From: Polyangiaceae bacterium
GTDB taxonomy: Bacteria > Myxococcota_A > Polyangia > Polyangiales > Polyangiaceae
DNA length: 64,000 nucleotides
Reading direction: 5' to 3'
Assembly: GCA_050287085.1 (NCBI GenBank)
Contig: JBNKBE010000005.1
Span: 128,001 to 192,000 of the forward strand
The notes below the pieces were generated by a model. That model saw nothing but the letters and a program-made list of their open reading frames with translations. It was not told where the DNA came from and made no database searches. A program made the translations under genes and the position numbers. Below, in pieces: positions 46,644 to 56,815 of this stretch (position 1 is the first letter of the stretch; each line of letters begins with the position of its first letter).

Positions 46644-47136
46644 CGCTTGGCTGTAGCACCTTTTTGCCCCAAGCGTGAGCCACGCCCGAGGTACAGAAGC
46701 TTTGCTCGGAGGTGCGTGGCGCAAGCTCGCTCGCTCCCCGCGGTCTTGGGTGTGCACTCCGACGCAAGATGAGCACCGCACACGGGCCGCGCGGGTTGTC
46801 TCGAATCCACGGGCGCGCGTCTTCCTCGAAGGCTACGTCGAGGGTCTGATCGGTGAGCTCCACCGCCCCAGTGGAGCCGGACGACGGTAAGCCACTGCCT
46901 GTGGACTGGCGCTACCGCCTACCAGTCGTCGCAACCGGGCAAGGCGGTGCCCTTGCCGTCAAGAGACAGCACACCCAACTGCTCATGCTCCAAGTCATTC
47001 GAGATCTGTCATGAACACTGGGTCGTCCACTTTCCGCGTTGTTGTCGAGCGCCGGCTGGGCGCCGAGATTCGGTCCGCCGAGGCGCCCCGGGCATGGTTT
47101 GGACTACCGAATGCACCAGCCAGAGCCTTCCGAGTC

Positions 47137-48168
47137 TCAAACTCGGAAGTCGCCGCCGGACGAGGATCTGCCCGAGTGGACGCGGGCGCTTCGGCGCGAC
47201 ACTGCGGCGGCCAACGTCAATCCCAGCATCAGCCAGAGCGGTCCCCGCGGGCCACGGCCGCTAGCCCCGTAGGCGCACGCAGCGCCGTCTGAACGCGACT
47301 TGCTGTCGGGCGCAAGCGTCTCATGCACCCAATCGTCTAAGACCCCGGCGCCCGTCGCAACTCCGCCGTCGCGGTTCAATGTCTCCTGCAACTCCTCTGC
47401 GGCTGCCGATAAATCGTCGCTTGCCGCCTCGATCTGAGCCTGCTGGTCATCCGACAGCACTGCAAGCGCCAACTCGCCGACGTTGATGTCCAGGTTAACT
47501 AGGGCATTGACACAGTGACCAAGATCCTCCCCCGCAAGGATGAACTGACCGTCGCAAAACAATCCGCCCGAACCTTCACACCCTCCCACACAGTCTTGAT
47601 CGACCTCGGTGTAACACGACTCAATCTCATCCGCTTGGCAGATGGTCTGGCAGCCCATTGCCCCGACGGCTCGACAGCTTCCGGTGCAGCACTCCGTACA
47701 GTGCTCGTAACATGTCGTCTCCGGAGGCAGCTCTGAGCATTGAGACGTGCACTCCCCGTCGCAGGTTGCTTCGCAGCTCGCCAGACACAGCGTGGGGTCG
47801 GCGGCGCCGAGACAACTCATCTTGCACCCTTCCGTGCATTCAGGATAGCAGTTGTGCTTGCAGACCACGTCGACGCCGCGAGTACAGCTCGACGTACACT
47901 GTTCGCTGCAGTCGTCAACACATACAACGGTGGCCGGCACCTCACACTCATCGTGACATCGCTCGTAGGTCCGTGTCGTGCACGTCTTGGTATAAGTGGC
48001 CGGACCGCACTCGTATCGACAATCGGCTCCGAGCCTGAGTTCGCAGCGAGCGGTCGCGTCGATACGTATGTTCCCGCACTCGGGTACCCCTCCGGCGGCC
48101 AGCGACGTATGGCCGATTACCCCAAGGAAAACCCAGAACCCCAGACGCCCCATCCAAGTTTTTCTCAT
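47137..48168 (-). CDS. Secreted Cys-rich (CxxxC repeat) protein with MYXO-CTERM-like C-terminal anchor
   Basis: Signal peptide; dense CxxxCxxxC pattern; tail AACAY...PLWLMLGLTLAAAVSRR. Confidence 0.72.
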   Translation of the reverse strand: MRKTWMGRLGFWVFLGVIGHTSLAAGGVPECGNIRIDATARCELRLGADCRYECGPATYTKTCTTRTYERCHDECEVPATVVCVDDCSEQCTSSCTRGVDVVCKHNCYPECTEGCKMSCLGAADPTLCLASCEATCDGECTSQCSELPPETTCYEHCTECCTGSCRAVGAMGCQTICQADEIESCYTEVDQDCVGGCEGSGGLFCDGQFILAGEDLGHCVNALVNLDINVGELALAVLSDDQQAQIEAASDDLSAAAEELQETLNRDGGVATGAGVLDDWVHETLAPDSKSRSDGAACAYGASGRGPRGPLWLMLGLTLAAAVSRRSARVHSGRSSSGGDFRV

Positions 48169-48283
48169 AATAATATCCTTCCGCGCCAACCGGCACGCCC
48201 AAACAGCCGACATCAGCCAGAGCTCATACACACCAGCAGGTGAACGAGCCCGCCGAGACGAAAGTCGATGAACAAAGGATCAT

Positions 48284-48299
48284 TGCAACGTGCGTGCCA
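48284..48299 (-). promoter_or_regulatory. Sigma54 (-24/-12) promoter for the Cys-rich protein gene
   Basis: Minus strand reads TGGCAC-GCACG-TTGCA, matching the consensus TGGCAC-N5-TTGCW, about 115 nt upstream of ATG 48168. Confidence 0.8.
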
Positions 48300-48590
48300 G
48301 CGGGAATGGATCTACCTGAGAACCGCTCCTAGGAGCCGCCGCAGCATCGCGTCGCGCCCAAGGGGGAAGGCCACTCCGACGCTGCTGCTGGGGGATTCTT
48401 TCGGTCTCTGCCTTCTGCGATTGCCGGGTCACCGATTCGGTTTGGAATCGGTTCTATGTGCTCCCATTCTTGCTCCACCAGTATTTGAGCAGAACGTTTC
48501 CGGACAATGCTGTCATGGGGACCAAAGGCGAGGGCGTCACCGAGGCGATGACGTCCCACCTTCATCACACCAGATTCTCCCCCAATCTCC

Positions 48591-49496
48591 TCATCGTCGG
48601 GGCGGAGGCGCGAAGCGGCCAGGAAAAGGCTCGGGCTCTTCACCGTACCCGCCCCACCCGCCGCGGAAGGAGCCAACCTCGTCGAACAAGGCAACGCCTA
48701 CGACGCCAACGTCGCGACCGCGGCCACGCCCAACGGCGTACGAACTCCAAACCTCGCCGAAGCGAAACGCGCGCACCGTACTCGCACTATCGCGAAACCC
48801 TTCGATGGTCAGGGTACCCCAAGGCTGAACAACATATCCGCGCTGATGAAACGCCGCATCCGAACCGTCCAGCACATCCAAGCCGTCGACGCTCGCCACC
48901 ACCTCAAATCGCTCGGCGGTGTGATTCCGTATTGAGATAGCGTAGCGCTCGCCCTCGTCTCCAAGGACATAACAGGTGCCGTTCGCGAACAACAGCGGCA
49001 GTGGCTCCTCGTCCGCCCCAACCAGCGCGACCGTCACCGCTCCTCCGGCTATCGGCACGACGCTCGGTTGCGCTTCGACCTCGGGCTCGGGCAGTCCTGA
49101 GAGGCGACCGATTCCTGCCGCATCGTCGTAGCGAAATGACACGAGTGCAAGCGGCCGTTCCGGCGCCTGACGCCGAAAGTCGACTTCATACAGTTCACTG
49201 CGCCGCCGTTCTCCCCATTGCGTGGCCAGCCCTGGAGGACTCTTCCTGACTTCGCGACCGCTGGCCATGCGGCGCCCTGGCCGCGTCGAAGCCATCGGCT
49301 TCGACGCGCCAGGAAAGCTGTCTGAGGCTTCTGACGCCCCATCCTGATACGGCTCTGAGGCTGGAGGGAGTCGACGAGCCTCTTCCTGATCGCTGCGGAC
49401 GACGGCAGATGGAGGATTCGAGTGAGCACAGCCCGAGACCCCAACAAGGGCCGCAAGCAGTGCGAGGCCAAGCCCCAATGATAACAGACGCGTCAT
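48591..49496 (-). CDS. Conserved hypothetical lipoprotein
   Basis: Lipobox VSGC; GLATQWGE, GERYAISIRN...EVVASVDGLDVLDG...GFR...F.F, VGVVGVALF, PFPGRFAPPP. Confidence 0.75.
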   Translation of the reverse strand: MTRLLSLGLGLALLAALVGVSGCAHSNPPSAVVRSDQEEARRLPPASEPYQDGASEASDSFPGASKPMASTRPGRRMASGREVRKSPPGLATQWGERRRSELYEVDFRRQAPERPLALVSFRYDDAAGIGRLSGLPEPEVEAQPSVVPIAGGAVTVALVGADEEPLPLLFANGTCYVLGDEGERYAISIRNHTAERFEVVASVDGLDVLDGSDAAFHQRGYVVQPWGTLTIEGFRDSASTVRAFRFGEVWSSYAVGRGRGRDVGVVGVALFDEVGSFRGGWGGYGEEPEPFPGRFAPPPRR

Positions 49497-49520
49497 AGGT
49501 GTTCCTCTCTCGCGGGTTCC

Positions 49521-51374
49521 TCAGCGAGCAACCGCGAGTCCTCCGCGGCCGCCCACCGCTCGAATCAACCCCAAGAACTCCCTGCGATAGCCGTGTGGAT
49601 CGCGGTCCACCGCTTGCCCTGCGAGAGACTCGGCGAGCGCAGGACTGGAACTTCCACCGTAGGTTGAATGGCGTAGGTACATGCCGAAGGCGGCAACAGC
49701 ACTGGCAAAGCGGAAGTTGTTGGACGCTCGCTCCAGCGCGACCCCCTGATTCTGTACCACGTGGGTCAGCAACTTGCTGGCGCTACCCTCGGGCTCCTTG
49801 TACCGGAGTTTGACGGTGAGCAGCTCTTTGCGCTCCGGCGAAGGCGTGACGCGCTGATACTTGAGGGCGTCTACGCCCTGCACCGCTCTGGCCTGCGCCG
49901 GGGTGAGCAACTCGTAGAGGGCTGTTACGCTATGACCCGCCCCAATGTCCCCCGCGTCCTTCCTATCGTCGTTGAAATCGCGATCCGCAAGGCGACGGTT
50001 TTCGTACCCGATAAGGCGATAGGCACCCACAACGGCGGGATTGAACTCGACCTGGATCTTCACGTCCTTGGCGATTGTCAGGAGCGTTCCGCTCGCCTCC
50101 GTCACTAGCACCTTCGTCGCTTCTTCCAGCGTGTCGATGTACGCATAGTTGCCATTGCCACTATCCGCCAAGCGCTCAAGAGTGCTGTCGTTGTAATTCC
50201 CCATGCCGAAGCCCAAAACGGTAAGGAAGACGCCGCTTTTCCGCTTCTCCTCTATGAGCTCAACCAGGGCGCTCTCACTCGAAGCTCCAACGTTGAAGTC
50301 GCCATCGGTAGCAAGAATCACGCGGTTGATTCCGCCCCGCACGGCGTGCTCTTGCGCCACCTGATATGCTAGCTCAATACCAGCTGCTCCATTGGTCGAT
50401 CCTCCTGCCGCGAGTCGTTCGAGCGATTCGAGGATCAAGTCGCGACGGGACGCCGGAGTAGACGGCAATACAAGACCGCTGGCTCCCGCGTAGACGACAA
50501 TGGCGACTCGATCGAGAGGATTCATGGTATCGAGCAGCTTCGAGAAGGACTGCTTCAGGAGCGGAAGCTTGTTTGGACTGTCCATCGACCCCGAAACATC
50601 CAAGAGGAAGACCAGATTGCGGGGCGGCAGCTGACGTACGTCGACGCGGCGCCCCTGTAATCCTACGAGCAGCAACGAATGCTGAGGAGCCCACGGCGCG
50701 TGGCTCAGCTCTGTCGTCACGGAAAAGGGAACGTCACCCGTCGGCTCGGGGTACTCATAGCTGAAATAGTTGACCAGTTCCTCTATGCGGACCGCCCCCG
50801 GTGGCACGACGCTGCCGGAGTTTATCATGCGCCGTACGTTCGCGTAGGACGCGGTATCAACATCGATCGAAAATGTGGAAAGGGGGCTTACCGCAACTGG
50901 AGTGAAGGCGTTTTCCTCGACGTGCGCGTAGCGCTCCGTGTTGAACTCTGATGAAGCTGTGCCGGCGTGCTCCTCCTCGGCTTCTTGCTCAGAAGCTCCG
51001 TCGCTTGCGGCACTGAGCTCCGTCGCTTGGGCATCGGCTCGTGGACGCTTGGCGGCCCCCTCTCGGGACACATGCTCGGATTTGCGTGCGTGTCCTGCTG
51101 CTACAGTCGCGGGTAGACCTGGCGAGGGCGCGGGCGGTAGAGACGCCGTAGACGCTTTCTTTTTGCCAACTGCGACGACCTCACTGGTCACCTCAAAGGG
51201 CTCATCTTCGCTGGCTTCGGGCGCCTCGGACGAGCCCGTGGCCTCTTGCCGCGATGTAGATGGATCGAGCAGCGGAGCTGTGTCCTGCTTACCGCACGCA
51301 CAGACAAGCCATGACGCGACCAGAGCAAGCAGCCAGCGCAATATGATGGAATTGGATTGGACGATTCGGACCAT
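49521..51374 (-). CDS. YfbK-like von Willebrand factor A lipoprotein (vWF_A, VWA, DUF3520)
   Basis: STFSIDVDTASY, VRIEELVNYF, MIDAS DVSGS, GGSTNG, ATDGDFNVG, TIAKDVKIQVEFNP, YRLIGYENR. Confidence 0.92.
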   Translation of the reverse strand: MVRIVQSNSIILRWLLALVASWLVCACGKQDTAPLLDPSTSRQEATGSSEAPEASEDEPFEVTSEVVAVGKKKASTASLPPAPSPGLPATVAAGHARKSEHVSREGAAKRPRADAQATELSAASDGASEQEAEEEHAGTASSEFNTERYAHVEENAFTPVAVSPLSTFSIDVDTASYANVRRMINSGSVVPPGAVRIEELVNYFSYEYPEPTGDVPFSVTTELSHAPWAPQHSLLLVGLQGRRVDVRQLPPRNLVFLLDVSGSMDSPNKLPLLKQSFSKLLDTMNPLDRVAIVVYAGASGLVLPSTPASRRDLILESLERLAAGGSTNGAAGIELAYQVAQEHAVRGGINRVILATDGDFNVGASSESALVELIEEKRKSGVFLTVLGFGMGNYNDSTLERLADSGNGNYAYIDTLEEATKVLVTEASGTLLTIAKDVKIQVEFNPAVVGAYRLIGYENRRLADRDFNDDRKDAGDIGAGHSVTALYELLTPAQARAVQGVDALKYQRVTPSPERKELLTVKLRYKEPEGSASKLLTHVVQNQGVALERASNNFRFASAVAAFGMYLRHSTYGGSSSPALAESLAGQAVDRDPHGYRREFLGLIRAVGGRGGLAVAR

Positions 51375-51653
51375 GGAGCCTCCTGGGTTGTGAAGACCCA
51401 ACGCCGCCCTGCCCCTGCGCTTTCACTCAAATCGCCACAATTCACAGACCCTTTGCGGGCTCCGACCATTCTTCTACAAAGTCTCCGCGGGGCGTGTAAG
51501 CGCAGCCTACGACAAGCGTTCTTCCCGGTTTGCGCATCTGCCGGCGACGAAGACCGCCAAGCCCGCGCTCCTCGTCCCCTCTTCGACCGCTTGGCCGGGA
51601 GATATGGTGTGAAAGTGGGCCGCCCGCTCAGCCTTGTGGCAACGCACACCACC

Positions 51654-52982
51654 ATGGCGGAGCTGAGAACTACGACCCTCGCCGCCCTGGTCTTGGGACT
51701 CCTCGCTGGTGCCTGCGGCAAGGGCCTTTCGGATGTCGGACTGAGCAAGAGTGAGCCCGTCCAGGCCCCAGACGTTCCAGTCCCGGCCGCAAACGGCCCC
51801 AAGCTCGGAGCCACCGCCCATGCCACCCCCGTCCGTGAGCGTCCGGACAAGGAGGCAAGAATCATCGGCTACCTGCACGCCGGCAGTCGCGTTGCTCGCG
51901 CGGAGGATCCCTACTCGCGCGAGGGCTGTACTGAAGGCTGGTATCCCATCCGTCCCAAGGGTTTCGTATGCGCAGGGGAGGGCGCGACGACCGACCTCCA
52001 TCACCCGACGCTGACAACAATGGCCATCCAACCTCAGTTGGATGCGGCTCTGCCCTACACCTATGCCCGTACCACTGCAGATGGCACGCTGTACGCCGTA
52101 GACGAGAACGGCGAGCGCAAGGTTAAAGCCATAGCCCGCATTCCAAGTCGAAGCGGACTTGCCGTCGTAGGCAGCTGGCAGGCCCAGAACGAAGAGGGGA
52201 CGGAACTCTCGCTCGCGATGCTAACCAACGGCCAGTTCGTAGAAACGAAGTTGCTGCAGCCGGCAAAAACAACCGAGTTCTCAGGGATTGCGCTGAAGTC
52301 AGCCAAAGACCTCCCCGTCGCCTTCGTGCTCAAGCGCGGTGTGTACAGTTGGGAGCTCAAAGGCGCGGCTCTCAAGCGCCAGGACGCTTTGGAGTTCCAC
52401 CAAACACTGCACCTAACGGGACGATTTCGCGACGTGCTCGACCAGCGCTACTGGGAACAGAGTGACGGCACTTGGGTTCGCCATAGGGATGTCACCGTGC
52501 TGCGCGCACGCGACAAGTTTCCGCAGTTCGTTCATGCTACACGACGCTGGATAGATGTAAGCGTAATAACGGGCGCACTCGTCGCCTACGAGGGGCAGGT
52601 GCCCGTCTATGCGACGCTGGTCAGCGTCGGGCGCGATCGGCTCGGAGAAACCGAAGGAGCGGAGTCGGTAACGCAGCGCGGAGAGTTTCAGGTGGTGGCA
52701 AAACACCTAACTCTGCTCAACGCGCAAGTGCGTTCGTTCGCCAACCGTGTTGACATCTACGATACGCCGTGGGCTCTGGAATTGTCTTCCGGGCAGTTCG
52801 TGCATGGCTCCTACTGGCATCGACGGATCGGAATCGAACACGGACCTGGTAACCTGCAACTGTCACCCGCGGACGCACGGTGGCTGTGGCAATGGGTCAG
52901 TCCCGCGGTACCGGACGGATGGCACGCGGTGACGGATCCAGGGTCCGAAGACGAACGAACGATCGTCAACGTGCGACGATAA
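51654..52982 (+). CDS. L,D-transpeptidase (YkuD)-like lipoprotein, catalytic Cys absent
   Basis: Lipobox AGAC; WIDVS..LVAYEG..PVYATLVS.G, T.RG.F....KH, HGSYWH...GPGNLQLSP.DARWL. Confidence 0.8.
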   Translation: MAELRTTTLAALVLGLLAGACGKGLSDVGLSKSEPVQAPDVPVPAANGPKLGATAHATPVRERPDKEARIIGYLHAGSRVARAEDPYSREGCTEGWYPIRPKGFVCAGEGATTDLHHPTLTTMAIQPQLDAALPYTYARTTADGTLYAVDENGERKVKAIARIPSRSGLAVVGSWQAQNEEGTELSLAMLTNGQFVETKLLQPAKTTEFSGIALKSAKDLPVAFVLKRGVYSWELKGAALKRQDALEFHQTLHLTGRFRDVLDQRYWEQSDGTWVRHRDVTVLRARDKFPQFVHATRRWIDVSVITGALVAYEGQVPVYATLVSVGRDRLGETEGAESVTQRGEFQVVAKHLTLLNAQVRSFANRVDIYDTPWALELSSGQFVHGSYWHRRIGIEHGPGNLQLSPADARWLWQWVSPAVPDGWHAVTDPGSEDERTIVNVRR

Positions 52983-52983
52983 T

Positions 52984-53706
52984 ATGTCAGCCCCGCCCTT
53001 CCCCCCAAGTAGCTCACCCATTCTGAGCGCGATCGAACACACGCTGCTGCGCTCGTCAGCGACGCCCAAGGAAGTTGAGGTGCTGTGCGCAGAGGCGATC
53101 GCCCATGGCTTCTTCGGCGTCTGCGTCAATCCGCGCTTCGTCTCACTCGCCGCTTCTGTCTTGGCGCACAGTCCGTCGCGAGTGGTCACGGTAGTGGGCT
53201 TTCCTCTGGGAGCCACCCTCGACGCTGCCGTGGCACGCGAGACTGAACTGGCCGTCGCAGCTGGAGCTCACGAAATCGACATGGTGATCCCGCTTGGCGC
53301 CGCACTATCAGGTGACTTCGCCGCAGTTGAAACCACGGTTGCAGCCGTGGTGCGTGCCGCAGCCCCCCACCCGGTCAAGGCAATCTTGGAAACAGGGTGG
53401 TTCGAGGGCGAAGCCCTTCGCGCCCCTGCCCTCGCTGCGCTCAACGGTGGCGCTCACTTTCTCAAGACCTCAACCGGTTTCGGCCCACGTGGTGCGACCA
53501 CGGAAGAGGTCGTTGTGCTTTCCCAACTCGCGGCCGGCCGCGCTCAAGTGAAGGCCGCCGGAGGGATCCGGACGCACAGCGACGCGCTGGCAATGCTCAA
53601 AGCCGGCGCCTCTCGCCTCGGAACCTCAAGCGGCGTAGCTATCGCGCAAGAAATCGAAACACGCACCGAGCGCCCTGCATCCCCGTCTCCGCAAACGAAC
53701 TACTAG
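52984..53706 (+). CDS. deoC: Deoxyribose-phosphate aldolase
   Basis: IEHTLL, VCVNP, VVGFPLG, EIDMV, VKAILET, LKTSTGF, VKAAGGIR, RLGTS. Confidence 0.95.
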   Translation: MSAPPFPPSSSPILSAIEHTLLRSSATPKEVEVLCAEAIAHGFFGVCVNPRFVSLAASVLAHSPSRVVTVVGFPLGATLDAAVARETELAVAAGAHEIDMVIPLGAALSGDFAAVETTVAAVVRAAAPHPVKAILETGWFEGEALRAPALAALNGGAHFLKTSTGFGPRGATTEEVVVLSQLAAGRAQVKAAGGIRTHSDALAMLKAGASRLGTSSGVAIAQEIETRTERPASPSPQTNY

Positions 53707-53824
53707 CGTACGGGGTGCCCATCGCGGACGGGTCTTGAGCCTGAGCCGTACGCTGGGGCCAAGCCCAGCATCCACGACGGCTGGGGAGGCAAGAGACGCC
53801 CCGAGGCCCAGGCGACTGTGGCGT

Positions 53825-55906
53825 CTACGCCAAACCCGCCGCCAACACGCGCAAGCTGTCGTGCCGATGGGCAATCGCATGCTGCAGCACGTCTGCAAGT
53901 TCCGCAGGCGTGAAGGGCTTCTGAATGCAGGGGTTGGTAACCTGGTCAAAGAGGTCCCTGGCCTCAGGCGTGAATGGACCACCAGTAATGAATATGAAGC
54001 GCTCAGCCAGCGACGGCTGCAAGCGCTTCACCTCGCGATGTAGATCCATTCCTGTCATGTTGGGCATCATGACATCGCAGAACACCACGTCGAACGCGCG
54101 GCTTGCGATAATCTCGAGGGCCTCACGTCCACCCCCCGCAATCGTGACGCGATGACGATGTCGCAGCAGCCGACGAATGGCTCGCGCAACGAAGGCGTCG
54201 TCGTCGACGACCAACACCTCCAACGAACGCGTAGCGTCGGGTGGGGGTACGGAACTCTTAGTGCAGACGGGTGCTTTGGTCGAAACCGGCGCCGGCAAGC
54301 GCAGGCGAAATGTGGAGCCTTCCCCTTCGCGGCTCTCGACTTCGATCTCGCCGCCCAGCGCTTTGACGATGTTCTGACAGATGGAGAGCCCCAAGCCCGT
54401 ACCCATGCCCACGGGCTTGGTCGTGTAGAAAGGATCGAAGATCTTCTTCAGCTTATCAGCAGCAATGCCACACCCGGTGTCGCTGATTTCTACAATCACC
54501 TGCTCGTCCGCACCGCGAACCATGACGCTGATGAGGTTGCTCGACGGATCCCCTTCGCGGATCGCGTGGGCGGCGTTCATCAGCATGTTGAGAAACACCT
54601 GCCCTAGGCGCGCATTCGCTTCGACAATGGGAACGTCGTCGTCGTATTCGCGCTGCAATCTGGCCCGAAAGCGGATTTCGTTCTGAGCAACCTTGATCGA
54701 GGAGTCGAGCAGCTGACGTACATCAACTGGACCCATCTTCTCGTCCGAACGAGAGAAGGTCTTCAGATCCTGCACGATCGCGCGCACCCGGTCCGCGCCA
54801 GAGCGGGCCTCTCGCAGTGCGTCACGCACCTCATGTTGGTCCGGTGGCAACTCCTGCAGCGCGTAAGAGATGTTGTTGAGAATGTACACCAAGGGATTGT
54901 TGATCTCATGGGCAACACCCGCCGCCAGCACCCCTACGCTGGCCAGACGATCCGCCTGCGCGAGCTGAATCTCCATCTGCTTTCGCTCGGTGATCTCGCG
55001 AGTGACAGCAAGAAGGTAGTCCCGCCCAACGTAGCGTCGCATGGACACAGCTGTTTCAACGGGAAACCGACTGCCGTCCTTTCGCCGGTAGTGGCTTTCG
55101 GTCGAGATGCCCTTCTCCCGCAACTCCGGCTGTTGCTTACGCCACTCCCCAGCTCCCAGATCGATTGCCTCGATGTCGAGTTTCATCAACTCGGCTGCAT
55201 CATAGCCGAGCATGCGGGCGGCGGTGGCATTGACGTCGATGAGCCGTCCCGTTTCCGGATCGATCATGAGGATGGCCTCTCCCGCCTGATCGAGGACAGC
55301 GCGAAAACGTGCCTCGTCGAAACCGACTTGCTGCTCTAGGCGCGCTTTTGCTTCGCGCAGTGCTTCCTGCGCCACGATCTCCTTGGTCACGTCCTTGACC
55401 GCGCCGTAGATCCGCACCACTCGTTCGCCGCTGCGATCCAGTTCCGGCGATGCGTAGTCGCGCAGCCACAACTCTCGTCCGTCGGGCGTAACCAGACGAT
55501 ACTCCAACATCATCGCGGTGCCCCGCAGCAGAGCGCTGTCGGTTGCGAAGTGTCGTTTCTGATCGGTCGCGTTCAAGAGCTCAATCCAACCGCCCTCATG
55601 GTTGATCTGCTCTACCGAGAAGCCGGTGATCTCCTGAAGGGCTCCCGTGGCCCACTCCAACATGAAGGCCCCGTGCTCATCAATGCGCAGCGCATAGACC
55701 CAATCCGAAGCCAGCTGAGAGATAATCCGATAGCGAACCGCGTCCTCTTCGCTCATGGCGACGACGCTCGTCACCTGATTGCGTCGCCGCTCCTGCGCGA
55801 GAGCGTCAACGAGTTCAGCTCGAATCGCGTGGCGTAGCGATGCGTCTTCGACTCCTTCGCGTTCGATCAAGGCCGCAATGCGGTTCACACGGTCATCAAT
55901 AAGCAT
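53825..55906 (-). CDS. Hybrid PAS-PAS histidine kinase with C-terminal receiver
   Basis: Two PAS domains; LAAGVAHEINNP; FYTTKPVGMGTGLGL; REC VDDD, CDVMMP, KPF. Confidence 0.92.
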   Translation of the reverse strand: MLIDDRVNRIAALIEREGVEDASLRHAIRAELVDALAQERRRNQVTSVVAMSEEDAVRYRIISQLASDWVYALRIDEHGAFMLEWATGALQEITGFSVEQINHEGGWIELLNATDQKRHFATDSALLRGTAMMLEYRLVTPDGRELWLRDYASPELDRSGERVVRIYGAVKDVTKEIVAQEALREAKARLEQQVGFDEARFRAVLDQAGEAILMIDPETGRLIDVNATAARMLGYDAAELMKLDIEAIDLGAGEWRKQQPELREKGISTESHYRRKDGSRFPVETAVSMRRYVGRDYLLAVTREITERKQMEIQLAQADRLASVGVLAAGVAHEINNPLVYILNNISYALQELPPDQHEVRDALREARSGADRVRAIVQDLKTFSRSDEKMGPVDVRQLLDSSIKVAQNEIRFRARLQREYDDDVPIVEANARLGQVFLNMLMNAAHAIREGDPSSNLISVMVRGADEQVIVEISDTGCGIAADKLKKIFDPFYTTKPVGMGTGLGLSICQNIVKALGGEIEVESREGEGSTFRLRLPAPVSTKAPVCTKSSVPPPDATRSLEVLVVDDDAFVARAIRRLLRHRHRVTIAGGGREALEIIASRAFDVVFCDVMMPNMTGMDLHREVKRLQPSLAERFIFITGGPFTPEARDLFDQVTNPCIQKPFTPAELADVLQHAIAHRHDSLRVLAAGLA

Positions 55907-56253
55907 GGCTAGATCGGGAAAGGCGCGGCGCCGGAGCGCATCGCTCTACGGCCTTGCAACGGCACCTCGCCCGTTAAAGTTGAGTGTCGAATCCGGCCTG
56001 GTTCAAGTCAACCGTCGGGCAGCGTCCCCCAAGAGACAATAGAGGAAAGCGCTCGGCAATAAGTGCAGTGCTTCGCGCTAGATATGCGTTGACAAGCGAG
56101 AGTATAGCTCTCCCCGCCGGCCTCGCGCGGAGGCTTTTCGGCTCTCCACGCCCCGGGACCACCCCGGGTCTTGTCCTCGCCCCCAAGGCATGGCATTGAC
56201 GGCGTTTCTACTGGGGCCATTTGCCGGCCCAACAGCCGAATGAGGTCGTTACC

Positions 56254-56769
56254 GTGAGTTGTGTGTGCGGAGTGGGTGAATCCACCGAAACCTGTTGTCT
56301 TCCCATCATCCGAGGCAAGGCGCCCGCAAAAAGCGCGGAAGCGCTGATGCGCTCCCGCTACTCCGCCTATGTTCTCGGAGAAATCGACCACCTGATAGAT
56401 TCCGTGCATCCTGACAGCCCGGGCGACGCCGATCGCGAGTCTACCGAGGCTTGGTCCAAGGCGGCCGACTGGCAGCGCATAGAGGTCCTTGACGTCGTCG
56501 GTGGCGGTGAAAACGACGACGACGGCGAAGTGGAGTTCATCGCGCACTTCAAGGTGCAAAACATTCCCCAGCAGCACCGCGAACGCGCATCGTTCAAGAA
56601 GCTGGACGGGAAGTGGCTCTACTTCGACGGTGAACAGAAGAAGCAAGAGCCCATTCGCAGCAAGAAGGTGGGGCGCAACGACCCCTGCCCCTGCGGGAGC
56701 GGCAAGAAGTTCAAGAAGTGTTACCCAAACTGCCCCACTCCCTTTCCCGAGGGATACGCCCTAGACTGA
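56254..56769 (+). CDS. YchJ-family protein with SEC-C metal-binding motif
   Basis: [55 protein letters not shown]. Start uncertain (56221 or 56254). Confidence 0.9.
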   Translation: MSCVCGVGESTETCCLPIIRGKAPAKSAEALMRSRYSAYVLGEIDHLIDSVHPDSPGDADRESTEAWSKAADWQRIEVLDVVGGGENDDDGEVEFIAHFKVQNIPQQHRERASFKKLDGKWLYFDGEQKKQEPIRSKKVGRNDPCPCGSGKKFKKCYPNCPTPFPEGYALD

Positions 56770-56815
56770 CCTGAGCGGTGCCAGGCGTTCGGCTCACGGC
56801 CTGCTTTCGCTCCCA

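Noticed and set aside
46644..47136. ORFs 46675-46890 and 47011-47292
   Set aside because: No motif support and they overlap neighbouring genes; cannot be supported as real genes.
56089..56108. TTGACA...TATAGC as a sigma70 promoter
   Set aside because: The spacer is only 8 nt.
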